From Octopus sinensis (lineage: Eukaryota): 64,000 nt of DNA. Positions 12,975 to 26,713 of this stretch are shown piece by piece. The DNA lies in assembly GCF_006345805.1 (NCBI RefSeq), contig NC_043003.1:59458001-59522000 (forward strand). Direction: 5' to 3'. Within the stretch, counting starts at the first letter, position 1; each line of letters starts with the position of its first letter. The translations under genes were made by a program, and so were the position numbers. Under the pieces are notes generated by a model. That model was given only the letters and a program-made list of their open reading frames with translations, ran no database searches and was not told the DNA's origin.

Positions 12975-13373
12975 TCTTTTCTACTCTAGGCAAAAGGCCC
13001 GAAATTTGGGGGGGGGGAGGGGGCCAGCCGTTTAGACCCCAAGACCCAACTGGTACTTAATTTATCAACCCCTTAATAATGTAAGGCAAATTCAACCTGG
13101 GCGGAATTCGAACTCAGAACGCAAAGACAGACGAAATACCTATTTCTTTACTATCCATAAGGGGCTAAACGCAGAGAGGACAATCAAGGACAGACAAACG
13201 GATTAAGTCGATTATAAGTACCCCAGTGAGTAATTGGTACTTATTTAATCGACCCCGAAAGGATGAAAGGCAAAGTTGACCTCGGCGCAATTTGAACTCA
13301 GAACGTAGCGGCAGACGAAATACGGCTACGCATTTCGACCGGCGTGCTAACGTTTCTGCCAGCTCGCCGCCTT
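12975..13373 (-). mobile_element. SINE family A, full-length dimeric form
   Basis: Reverse complement of 11925-12316 along its length. Confidence 0.85.
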
Positions 13374-13954
13374 ACATTAATATATATATTGCCTTAGAAA
13401 TCCGGCATATAGGTCAATATATTATATTTACAGTGTTATTTTCATTCTTGATAAAAGCATGAACTTCGCCTATTTCCTATTGTATCCTGTGTAAAATGTA
13501 GGCAGAAGTACGTTGACAGAAACAAGTTGAAAGAAGCAAGATGACAGAAGCAAGTAAATAGTTTTTGGATAACTTACTGATGGAGGGAGATTTTAAATTT
13601 TTGAGAGCTTCCCCCACCAGTTTTTAAACAGAACATTTTTTCATTTTATGTTTGCATCATATTGCTTCGTCTAGTCGTTGGATATATACATATATGCTTC
13701 ATATCATATAGTAATACTTAATTTCAAAATAGTAACCACCAATCTTATACGTTCATTCGATTAGAATTAAAACAGATGAAGCAAAACAATTAAGATGTTA
13801 GCCATATTAATGCCTTTTGTATCAAATTGTCTTTCATCTTTTAATTTTTATTGTGCCAGGGATTGGAGTGTGATTGTGTTGGTGCATCGCCTTGAAGTGT
13901 TTATTCCAAGTCGACCCTAGTACTTAGTGTTTTCAAATTTGATACTTGTTCTAT

Positions 13955-14045
13955 TGTTTTCTAACGCTGAATTGCTGGGTTACAGGGATGCAAACAAACC
14001 AGCAGCTGTTGCCAGGCGTGAATGGTGGGGGAACAAATACAAATA
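13955..14045 (-). mobile_element. SINE family B fragment
   Basis: ctaacgctgaattgctgggttacagggatgcaaacaaacc...gggggaacaaatac resembles reverse complement of family B mid-section. Confidence 0.5.
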
Positions 14046-16260
14046 CAAAGACACACGCATGCACACATGCACACATGCGCACACACGTACACTCATGCAC
14101 ATATACAACCGGTTTGTTTACATTACATAAATATACCATATTTCTGTGTCATGATAAGCTGTCAGCGAAAGGTTAGAGTTCATGAGGAATCACATCGTTT
14201 AAATTGTAACTTAAACTCTCTTAGGAAAAGAATGAACTTTAAAATATTGATTCTAACTTTGTTTCGTATTGGACAAAACTTCGCCGGATTTATAATGAGA
14301 AAAAATTTACAAGTAACAATGTAATTGGATATAAGCATATATTTTTGGGCTGATTGGTCTACAAAGTTTGAATATGAATGCAAATAAGTAAATTCAACGT
14401 GAAGGTTTTTTTTTTTAATGATAATGATGTTATTAATAAAATTTCAAATTATTGTATGAAATTTAGTTTTATACATTATAGCAAACCAATCGGCAGAAAG
14501 AAAACACTTTATTTTGAAGCAAAACCGTTACTTATGAGCAATAAATTTTATGTAAAAGTCAGTAACTTTCTCTACAAAAATATTTGTGTAAGGAAATTGA
14601 TCTTCATCCAAAATAACAAAGAATTGCTACTGTAAATAGGTTGTTTTCTTAAAATACAATATAATGGTTCTAGTTTCCAATGTATTCATCTATGTTTCTT
14701 GAATATAAAGAATAATTTCTTGTTACGGAAGTTTTCACTGTCATTCCTTGCAATATTTTATGCAATGTAGATTTCATTATATCGCTTTTCAAGAAATCAT
14801 GCGAAGTAACTTCCCATTCGATTTATTTTCGACAATACGCCTACATTCCTCAGCATGCTCTTTCTCACTTATTGTTGTTGAGATGCATTATTTTCTAACA
14901 CAACGAACTTTCGAAGGTTAGCTTCAATAATTTTATTAGCAATAGAACGGAAATCTAGTTACGCCGTATGTTTAAATAACCACAGCGACATTCAAATAAC
15001 ATTTTTTCGACCTTTTTAAGCTTCAGCATAACCCAGGGGCCATCTGTAGGCTTTCGAATGAAGGGGAAAATACATACATTCATCAAGCGATGAAGAAATA
15101 GTCTTAAAAGAAATTATTTTGAGTTGTGTTTGAAAAGTGATAATTACAGTAAAAAGAACTGTGCATTTGAACAATTGGAAGAACAAAGTAAAATTTGAAT
15201 TAATGCGGAACAGAAAATGAAAAAGCAGTGACTGATTGTAGTGAAATTATATTCAATGATTGAAATGTGAAATTCTTCTCCGTCTCCCATTGCGTGCTGA
15301 GGAAAATTGCCAATGATTCAATTCTATGCAAGGACAATGAAAATGCGGTAAGAAAGACCTCGCATTTGATTTTATTTAAAAGGCGAAATTGTAAGAAAAA
15401 CAATAGGATGTTAGCAAAGAAGCGTTAACTTTTGGACAGCAGGGTGGTAAAGTAGTGTCTTAGCAAACGGCAGCTATTCACACAGCTGACAAAGAAGTAA
15501 GGCTAGGAAGTAACCGCCTAATTGTAGCTGGTTAACAAAGGGAAATGGAATGAATGTCTTTGAGGTTGAATGACTTAGAAACAGGTGATTGTCTAATTTA
15601 AGTGAAATCATAATGGAAAGTAGAAGTTGTTAGAGCGGTGATCAACTGTGGACACAATGCTCCGTTTGAAGGAGTTGTTATTTAATTAAAGTTTGAGAAC
15701 AATCGCTGCTAAATCTCAAAGAGGCTGCTGATTGTGAAGAGACAGAGATACGATAATGAAAACAACTTAAAAAGGAGAACTTCAAAAGAAGAAATAATTG
15801 CAATTCGTTGAGATATTCAACAGTGACTGTATCTATCAAGAATATGTCTACTATAAGAGAAAAGAAGTGTTACGCTGAAGCTATCTACCAAATGTAAATT
15901 GTAAATTATTCTTGTTTGGCAGTTAAAGGTATTTGAGTAATAAAACAAACTTATTTCAAATTTACTTAATAAATTAATATTCTGGTTAAAGCTTAACTTG
16001 ACGTAGTTTGGTACTACAAGTGAAAGTTATACACAGTATCAAGCTAATTCATTTAATAAAAGCAAAACCAAACGTTTAAATAAAATATTATTTTCTTTTA
16101 ATGTGTGATTTTCTAGGAATGAATATAGTAGTTCTGTTGATAAATCGTGTTTTGTTGTAAAAATATATATATATTTTTTAACCAAAAGGGAGCATCTCCT
16201 TGGCGATTCGATCCACTGGAAGAACTTCCAACTTCTCGTCAAATTACTTTCATAATATAA

Positions 16261-16678
16261 TTTTATTCTTTTATTTGTTTCAGTCCTTTGACTACGGCCA
16301 GGCTGGAGCACCGCCTTTTTAGTCGAACAAATCGAGCCCAGGATTTATTCTTTGTAAGTTACGGGGATGTAAACACACCAACATCTTGTCAAGCGATGCT
16401 AGGGAGACAAACGCAAACACAAGCATATACATGCAAACACCAACCCGAATATATCTATGTATACGACGGGCTTCTTTCAGTTTCCGTCTACCAAATCTGC
16501 TCACAAGGATTTGGTCGACCCGAGGCTATTTTAGAAGACTAATTCCCATGGTGCCATGCAGTGGGACTGAACACGGAACCGTGTGGCTGATAAGCAAGCT
16601 AATTACCACACAGCCACTCCGGCGCCTGTGCCTCGCAGCCACTCCTGAGCCTATGTCACACAGCCACTCCTGCGCCTA
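16261..16678 (-). mobile_element. SINE family B with triplicated 5' head
   Basis: Reverse complement of 33741-34128; cagccactcc-g-gcct motif occurs three times in 16606-16678. Confidence 0.85.
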
Positions 16679-17654
16679 CAATAGTTCGTTTTCCATTTTG
16701 TTTTCCAAGATTCTTGATGTGAACTCATGTCTTTAAACGGAGCATGACTACTTGGCGAAAAATAACAGAAGAACTGAAATAGAACCAGTACATATGTTTG
16801 TTTTTGAAATAATGGCTCTCCCGAAATATAGCAAAATATCACCATCTTAAGGCAGAAATAAAATATTGATATAATAATGCCTGAAAATAGGAAAGAATAT
16901 TCATGGCTATAACACTTCGACCATGGTCATGGTTTTTTCAAAATTGCCTGACAGCTAAAAATAAACAGAATTATTAACTTCTATTGTGAAAGATTCACTG
17001 TTACATTGAAGGAAAATGGATGTCTGCCAATGATTTCTGAAGTGACTTCAAAAGCATTAAAACTACAGGAAAAATTTCAGCTGAAAGTTGAACCAGAGAT
17101 GCTGCTATAGTGCATACATAGAAAATATTATACTCATACATAACGGCAAACAATCAGCGCTAGTGGTGTGTTGGATAGAATATCACGTGGTATCTGTTTC
17201 GAAAATCTGAACACAGCTCAAATATCATTTGGGGTCAATTTTGCTGTTCACATTTTCTGGATGAATAAAAATAACTAGTCAAAGATGAAGTAATGATAGC
17301 ATTCTTATAACATGGAGTGTGATGCCTTGCAATATCTCTACATATTCTGTACCTTGTACCCGCATTTCCAATCTCGTACCTGGAAAGCTGTGACTGACAT
17401 ATAGAATCTGAGATCAATAAAAAATATTGGTTCTGTCGAAATGCAATAATTATTCTTGAGTGTTTTTAATTGTTCTTGCCACAGACCTGCGGCCATAAGA
17501 ATCGGTTTCAATGACCTTGGTACGTTCTTTAGTAAATATTTTATCTCAATACAGGAGGGCGAAATTCCCAGTAGATCGGGCGTATAGTGAAATATCCGAC
17601 ACAGGAAAAAAGGAAATAAAACGAAGTATTTTGATATACACACTCATTCTATCA

Positions 17655-17656
17655 AA

Positions 17657-17731
<75 letters not shown>

Positions 17732-17805
17732 CCTATCTATTTATCTTTCTTTCTGTCTATCTGTCTGTCGATCGATCGAGCGATCTATCTGTCTATCTAT
17801 CTATC
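17655..17805. repeat. (TATC)n tetranucleotide microsatellite
   Basis: Direct reading. Confidence 0.95.
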
Positions 17806-18496
17806 CACAGGCATACACTTATGTATACATACATATTGGTACATGTATAGACATAAATACCCACTCACACACACGCACACACAAACACACACACACGTAA
17901 TTTCATACCAAGAAAAAGAACGAGAGTGACAGAAAAGGAGAAACAGTGACAAAGGACTCGTTTCCACTATGGTGAGATTCAGGAATATATATTTCTATGC
18001 ATTTGAGCGTGAGCGTATATCTGGTCGTTTGTATCGTTTATATTTACATTTTAAACGCCTGATTTAGATATATATATACCTCATCACAACATTAAGGCTG
18101 TACAAATAGCTATTTCTAAATTAAGTACAAGACTGTTTATAATTTCTGAAAGAATTATTATCAAAGTAACCCGATTTATGCTGTGTGCCGGTTTGACCAC
18201 ACCCCAGTCTATGATAGCTAATACTACAACTTTACATTTATACCAATATTTAATGGTGCCCTTGGTTTTATGTGTAAATGCATAACTGTCAGTGAGATAA
18301 CCTTGGATTTTCAAGAAAAGATATCAACCAACTAATTCGTACATTACAAATACAATCTATTAGCGGAACCTTAAACATGGAAGGCATTTCCGAAGTGTAA
18401 AATATGACATTGTTTTTGTTATTTACATTCCAAAGATGGAGCTTTGTATCTTTGTTAGAAATCAGCTCCTTTCTTAGAGGAAGAGAATAGACATAC

Positions 18497-18546
<50 letters not shown>

Positions 18547-18633
18547 CTATACAAAGGCACACATAAATATGTGAATATGTTTATATAAAAAAAAACATAT
18601 GTATATGTATATATACATACAAACATATATATG

Positions 18634-18679
<46 letters not shown>

Positions 18680-18895
18680 ATATATATACATAAATGTATA
18701 TGTTATGTATGTGTCTGTTAGTGTATGTACGTGTACATGTATGCGCATTTGTGTGTATATGTACATGATGGTATTCGGAATATATGTAACCCCAGTCTAT
18801 ATTTCTTAATGTATGTCTTAATCCACAGAAGAAAAGGTATTACTATATGAGTGCATTAACATCTACATATACTTTTATTACTATTATTATTATTA

Positions 18896-18952
<57 letters not shown>

Positions 18953-19228
18953 TATTATTATATTATTGAGTGATTATTATTATTACAAATTTTTCAGAGC
19001 ATGATTGGCTCTATTATCATCATTCAAAATAACTACGCTTCACAAAGGTTGAATACCTTAAGCAAAATAAAATAATTATCTGTTTCAGATTGACTTTAAA
19101 AATATTGCATTTCTAAAACGGATGTATTAAGTTAAACCAGTGCTAGAATCATATAGCTACCGAAGAAAAGAAGCGCAATATATTTCCAATTGATGAAACA
19201 GTAAAGGCTTTTGGCTTTATCCTTATTA

Positions 19229-19269
<41 letters not shown>

Positions 19270-20036
19270 TATTATTATTATTATTATTATGCTTTATGTT
19301 TTCGTTATATGAAGTTCATTAACAAAAGATTATTACAGATGCCCAATCTTCTTAATTCTGAGAAGTAATCAAGCAATCCCAGGTGAGAGCCCTCAGGTTT
19401 GTTTTGTTCTATTGCAACAAAAGCTGTGGGCTTTTAATCCTCAAATATTCTTTACTTAAGGTCAATATTTTAACTAAGTTTTCTATTATATAATAGTATT
19501 ATATAAATAGCTTTAAAATTATCGAAATCTTTTGAGAAGTATTTTCATTTATTAACTTCTTATGAGATCTAGCGGCAAAATAGTTGCTTGCGTCAGCAAC
19601 AAAAAGCTAATAATGGATGTCTGAATACAAATAAATATAAATACATTAAAAAAAGTCTTCTTTAGATATAAGTCGATAAGAAATATTTGTTTAATTAGAA
19701 AAGTGGCATTCTCTTAAAGAGAGGTTTCGACCCATTGGTTCTATTTATCTGCAGATTTTTAAATTTTATTTTAATTTTTTTTTCCTTTTTGATCATTTAT
19801 AATTTATTATATACTTTTTTTCCAATAATATCAGATCTGATAGAGAATATATGCGAAAGATTAAGTATCAAAAAGTATTCTTAAGAGCATCTGTAGAGAA
19901 ATTTATCGTTTATTTCATTCAAATTTCGAGACTAGTAAAATCAATGTAGCCAAAGGAACGAATTTCTTTATATAATAGTTTAAGTAGCTCATAGAAATAT
20001 ATAATAAAACACATACAAATACACACACATACATAC

Positions 20037-20084
<48 letters not shown>

Positions 20085-20165
20085 TATATATGCTTGTATA
20101 TATATATATAATATATATATATATAAATATGTGTAATTATATATATATATATATAAATATATGTG

Positions 20166-20206
<41 letters not shown>

Positions 20207-21388
20207 GCTTATATTTATACACACACGCACACATACATGAAGCATAAATATATATCCATGTACGCATATAGATATATATGTGCTTATGTGTTAATTTATA
20301 TATATTTTTTAATTTTGCAGGTTATAATATTGATAAACAATATCATGACCTGTAAGATATCGAAATAATTTTCTATTTGATGCATAGGTTTAACGTTTTC
20401 TTTTGATTTGCTTTAATTAACTAATTAATTCATTAACTATTACCAGTTGTGATATTTATTTTAGACTATGAAAATTGAGAGTGTACATTGAGACAAAGTG
20501 GGAGAGATACATGAAGACGAAGAAGACAATCTGTCTTGCTTGTATCCGTTATTGTTGCCTCTATTCATTCAGTTCTCTCTATTTATTTATTCGTCAACTA
20601 CAGCTCATATTTAATTTATTTCCCTCGAATATTCTGTCCGAAACGTTAAGTTTCTCTTGTTCCTCATAGCATAAAACTTATTCTGCTGTTTAAATTATTT
20701 GTTTCACTTTTTGCTGACACGGAAGATCGCTAGTTTCCTCAGATTCTTTCTGTTTTTTGTCCATAAATAAATAACATTGGGTAATTTACAAAAAGAAGTA
20801 TTTTGATTAGATAAAGAAATATAAACAAAAAACATTGTGAGAAAACGCAATCGTAATGAAATAATGGAGAATGATGAAGTAATTGTGTGACAAAGAGAAA
20901 ATATATAAAATGAACAGAAATAGCCGTGGTTACATGAATACCAAATAATAATGGCCTAAAATAGCAGTTGAAAGAAGCAACAATAATTACTTTTGTTCAC
21001 GAAGTAGTGAAAATGAGATAAACTAAAAGAAAGAAAGAAAAAAAAACTGCCGATCCTCCGAAACAGCAAAATTATCTTCAAAATAGACCAATACGCAAAC
21101 AAACCAAAAATTGGAAAACAAGGTTTCGGTCGCAAACGAGCAAGAAGAAACAAACTGTTCTGAATCATATTCAGAAAAGAGATGAGAAATATTGCTTTTA
21201 TTTTTTTCATCAAATATATTGGTAGCACGAAATTTACACTTTCAACTTAAGTCAGAATACGTAATTTAGTGAGATAAGCAGCTTTCTTATAAGGTTGTTT
21301 TCATCCCAAGTCAGCTACCTATTTTTTTTTTGACTCAACATATAAAGGAGCAATGCAAGAACTATTTAACAATTTATAATTCTTACCA

Positions 21389-21521
<133 letters not shown>

Positions 21522-21634
21522 TGTAGTAGTAGTAGTAGTAGTAGTAGTAATATTATTATTATTATTGTAAATTGTTATTGTTGTTGTTCTTCAACAAAGC
21601 AAGACATTTTTAACAATTTATAATTCTCGCCATA

Positions 21635-21671
<37 letters not shown>

Positions 21672-21682
21672 TATTATTATTA

Positions 21683-23147
21683 TTGCCTTTGCACAACTTC
21701 TAACGCTGGAGATGAGTTACGGTTTACTACTAGTGAACTAATGTGACACCTCTTATTTTTCTAGCACCTTCCGGAGTATTCGAGCGGTTCCAAGCAGTGC
21801 TGTTTTCAGCAAGTGATCCACGCTTATTGCAGCCCCTATTCGTTCCATGTACTCCTCAAGAGTTTTACTCACCGTTCCCAGGGCGCCGACAATTATTGGT
21901 ACTACAACCACATTTTTCCTCGACAGCAACTGCTTAACCTCCCAAGCTAACCTGTCATATCTATCGACTTTCTTCTTTATCGCATACCTTGTTGTCAGCT
22001 GGGCATGCTACATCTATGATCCAGCACCGTTTGCTTTCTCAATTAACGTTAAACTCTATGTATGGTTTTCTATTCTCTATCTCATGGTCGCGCTGATTCA
22101 TAATATCCCATAGTAACTTTGCATTATCATTTTCGATGATGGCTTCGGGTTTATGTTCGTACCACTTTCTGTCAACTTCATTACTTGTGGCAAAGTGTCC
22201 AATGGAAATTCCCTACTATATTGTCGTGACGTTTCTTATGTTCTATCTGCGCTTGTAGCGTACATTGACTGGTCATATTCCATACGATTTCATCTTTTTG
22301 TCCACAGATTCTGCGTTTATCACTTTCTGATGAGTTGTCGATTCTGTATATGATGTAATTACTTCTTAGTGCTTGCTCTCGGGCAGCACAGATTAGAGCC
22401 CCCGTTTCCGGTTTTAAATCACATTATTCATCGATAGTCATCTTTTTTTCTGTCTGTATTATCTTCAACATCCCTATGAAATTGTCGATGCTTTCTTTTC
22501 TTTATCCACCTATTTTCAGTTTCATTCATTCTCAAGTGCTTGTTCAGTGCTTTGCATTTTTTTATCCTATATAAGCCTGACCCTCTTAGTTCCAATAATA
22601 TTGGTTCTGTTGAATTCTTTTACATACCATGCTATGTTGATTTCTCCTGCTCTAATGCTGTGTTCGCATCCAATAAGTCCTCTTCCTCTTCTTTTTCTTG
22701 GTACATACAGTTTGTCTGTATCTCTTTAAGGGTAGAGTATCCTATATCTAATCAGCAACGTCCTTGTCTATCAGTCTAAGCTGTTTAGTTCGTCTAATAT
22801 CCATGCGATTACCCTGCTCCATATCTAAGGAGTGAACCTGCCTAGGTGTTGATAGCTTCAATCTTATTCCGTTACTTTAACTTCGACTACGCCGTATGTG
22901 TAGGTCTCTTGCTGGATAACGACAGACTGGAGTTGGACCTATATCTCTGAGATTACCGGGTGTAACAGTATTATCATCAAGGGCTTCAGTCTCATTACCA
23001 CCGTTATTCACAATATTTTCTTTTTTCATTGTCACTCATATGAGGTAGCGATTATCAGGCTTTCGAAATAACCAGTGTTTTCATTGTAATACCATCACTA
23101 GATGTATCATCAATCAGAGCATAAGGAGATTCGAACCACTTCTTTTC
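21683..23147 (-). mobile_element. R4/Dong-like RLE LINE derivative with both termini and a large internal deletion
   Basis: Minus strand remnants NKIEAINT..LLRYG, RICGQKDE..KKRHDNIV..HW, PIIVGALGTVSK..ALLGTARILRKVLEK*; 22887-23147 matches the 5' region at 48735-48983; (TAA)n on both sides. Confidence 0.75.
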
Positions 23148-23178
23148 ATTATTATAATTATAATAAATATTATTATTA

Positions 23179-23263
<85 letters not shown>

Positions 23264-23812
23264 GAGTGAGTGAGAGAGCGGTGCATGCCATCAAAGTGAC
23301 ACTGGGGTAAAATATACGGAGCCCAATATATCCATCATGACTACCCATCTGATAAGGGTACACTAGGTACATGCATCACAACCATATGTGCGCGACATGT
23401 TGATCTCATATCAAGATAAACACAACATGACCTTGCAGGTGGGGCCCAGTTAGAATTTTCTTCTGGTCGAGTAAGCCGCTCAAAAGGTCTCTGAATAAGG
23501 GTTGTTTAAGAATGTTGAATGAAACACACATGTTTCCAGAGATGAATTATTCAAACCCCAAAGAGTCCCACTCAACACATGGCTATGATGCTTCCCCACT
23601 ACTTCGTGATCAGAGATGCACATATCGTCAGCCACTAAGTGACATGCTCAACTGGTTAAGGTCAAACAACTGGCAAGCAAATCTGTGGTATTGAGCAGAA
23701 TATTTGCTGTAGTCCATCTTTTATACAAAGACAAATCAATGTACATGATAACCCTTCCAATCAGTTATGATCAGAAGCCATGAGAGCTACTGCCTGGTAC
23801 TGCATTAGGGAA
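23264..23812 (-). mobile_element. ~550 bp non-coding repeat with (TAA)n tail, probable non-autonomous partner or long 3' UTR of an R4/Dong-like LINE
   Basis: No long ORF; minus-strand end ctctctcactcactca(TAA)n; sandwiched between RLE LINEs in the same orientation. Confidence 0.55.
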
Positions 23813-23830
23813 TTTATTATTGTTATTATT

Positions 23831-26370
23831 CTGTTTGACTTTTGCTTTATGTCTGTACAAGTTGGCTCCAAGTCTCACCCAGAGACCTCAAGAGACAACA
23901 GGTTGGAAGTTCACGTTGTTGTTATGCCTAGTGTGCCATATATTTGGGGTTTTTTTGGTGTTGTACTAGTGAATGTCTAATACATAAATTTAAAAAAAAA
24001 AGTTTGTTTTAAACCTTGGGATTACATAGAGAGAATTTTGCGTAGGATATGAGCAGTTCCCATGAGCACTATCTTTTGAATTTCTGCCATTTTGGGGTTT
24101 CCTGGTATCTGAGTTAGGTAGCAATCAGCCCCTTTCGCTATCATTCCCAGGGCACCTATGACAACAGGTATTGTTTTAGTCTTCAGGTTCCACATTTTGC
24201 TGATTTCTATTTCAAGATCTTTATATTTACTCAGTTTTTGGTAGGTCTTGACAGATACGTTTATATCGATTGGGACAGTCATATCAATGAGGAGGCATGT
24301 TCTTTGTCTGAAGTCTTTCAATATGATGTCTGGCCTATTTGCATCTATCTTTCTGTCAGTTTGAATGAAGTTCCAGAGGAGTGAGATGTGGTCATTTTCA
24401 AGCACTGGAGGTGGATTGTGTTCCCACCAGTTTTTTCATGGGGCAAATCCAGATTTTTGCAAATTACCCAGTGAATATATTGTGCAACTCTATCATGCCT
24501 GTTGAGATACTCTGTAGGCGCTAAAAGACTGCATTTGTAGACAACATGATCAATGGTTTCATTTGGTTGTCGGCATACACGACATGTTGGGCTACTGCCG
24601 TTCTTTAATATGTTGGCCTGGTAGCTTCTTGTTGGTAGGCATTGATCTTGAGCTGCTATGATAAACCCTTCTGTTTCAGATTTTAAGCCAGAGGCCATTA
24701 GCCATTGATGGGTCAGAGATTTGTCAACATCTGCATTATTCGCTGTCTTTGGGTATTTGCCATAGAGAGGTTTTTCTTGCCGTTTATTATTCAGAATATC
24801 TAAGGCCGCAGTTTTGGCATGGGTTTTCATGCGCCTAGCTTTTTCTGTGCTTGTTTCTTGTATGTCTATCTCTAAATCCGAAATTTGTTGTATTCGGAAT
24901 TCACTTAGATATTCTTTTACCTGTTTTGTTACTGAGGATGATGCTTTCTTGTTTTCATGTTTTGAGACAAGTTTTAACATCCAGTCCTCATACTTTTTCA
25001 GGTAGGTGTCGAGGCCAATTGTAGCAATCTTCACGGCCTCCCTCTTTTCTTGGCAGATAAAGTCGTTCTGTATCTGCATTGTCTACAGTTTTCATATTTT
25101 TCTGTCGAGCTGACATATTTCAGTAATTGACCAGTTAACGATATTGAAACTGTAAGTCACGACTGGTATGGCTAATGCACTGATCGCTTCGATCCTGTTT
25201 CTTGCATTCAGCTCTGTCTTGAGTATTGCTGTCACTCTTCGATAACATTCTCTCCTGATCCTTTCCTTCATCTCTGAATGCCTTATTCCGTTCCCTTCAA
25301 TTACCCCTAGGTACTTGTAGCTCTCCGCTGGGTCTAGTTCTTTTATGACATTCTGCTGGTCAAGGTTAAGGTTAGATGTTTCTGTCATTTTTCCTTTGAT
25401 AAAGGTAGCTTTTGCACATTTATCGAGGCCGAAATGCATTCTGAAGTCGTCACTGAATTATTTGACTATCGCTAGTAAGCTCTTGAGTTGTTGGTCATTT
25501 TTTGCAAAAAGCTTTAAATCATCCATGTAAATGAGATGATTTATATTTTTATCAAACATTTTATACCCGTACTGCGCGTCATTGAGCAGTTTTGAGAGAG
25601 GTATTAAGGCTAAACAAAAGAGGAGTGGTGACAGTGAGTCACCCTGGAAAATGCCGCACGAAATTTTTACATCACCAGCATTTAGGGATTCATTGTCACT
25701 GTTCAGAGTTAGTGTGGTTCTCCATGATCTCATACTTACAGTCAAAAAGTTTCGCAGAGTAGGTGCTATCTTATACATTTCCAGGCATTTCCTAATCCAG
25801 CTATGTGGTAGGCTATCAAAAGCCTTTTTATAGTCTATCCAGGCCATTGATAAGTTTTTGTGTCGTTTGTGACAATCTTCTAAGATTATCTTATTGATGA
25901 GTAGTTGATCTTTACAGCCGTAGGATCCACGTTTACATCCTTTCTGTTCATTAGGGAATATGCTGCTGTCTGTTAAAAAAATATAAGTATATTCCGTCAG
26001 GACAGATGTTAGCGTTTTATACATAGTTGTTAAGCAGTTTATGGGTCTATAGTTTTTTGGTTCATTTGTTTCTTCACTTTTTGGAAGCAGGGATGTTAAC
26101 CCATTAACTAGCCAAGGAGGCATCCTACTAGGGTGTTGCAAAACATCATTGTACAGTTCTGTTAGCAGTTCATGGCTCTCTATGAAGGCATTCAGCCAGA
26201 AGTTAGGAATTTTATCCTTTCCTGGAGACTTCCATTTGCTTGACCTCATGAGAGCAGATCTTATATCTTCTACCTTGACACCCTCCCACTTTTGCTGTTC
26301 TAAGGGGTCCAGTTCTATAGATATTCTGTCAATCCAGGGGGCCTTTTCGTTGTGTCTTTTTTTGTTTTTA
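23831..26370 (-). mobile_element. R4/Dong-like RLE non-LTR retrotransposon (family 1), 5'-truncated
   Basis: RT motifs WIDYKKAFDS, GIFQGDSLSPLLF, YMDDLKL; CCHC finger CRVCRQPNETIDHVVYKC; RHD; NRPDII..LLIDMTVP endonuclease; (TAA)n at 5' flank and short TAA tail. Confidence 0.92.
24022..26249 (-). pseudogene. RT-zinc finger-RLE polyprotein of family 1 LINE (in-frame stops near 25458 and 25092, frameshift near 24430)
   Basis: ORFs 25458-26249, 25092-25439 and 24345-25079 are in one frame separated by stops; 24022-24405 continues in another frame. Confidence 0.9.

Positions 26371-26711
<341 letters not shown>

Positions 26712-26713
<2 letters not shown>

Noticed and set aside
17338-17643. 101 aa minus-strand ORF (LKPILMAAGLWQEQLK...)
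   Set aside because: No recognisable domain or convincing splice sites; starts at the edge of a microsatellite
20321-20351. Possible plus-strand microexon GYNIDKQYHD (tttgcag|...|gtaaga)
   Set aside because: Such matches arise by chance in AT-rich DNA, and its phase does not chain with the next candidate at 31656
20620-20660. gtccgaaacgttaag resembles a hammerhead 3' half
   Set aside because: No CUGANGA upstream; not counted
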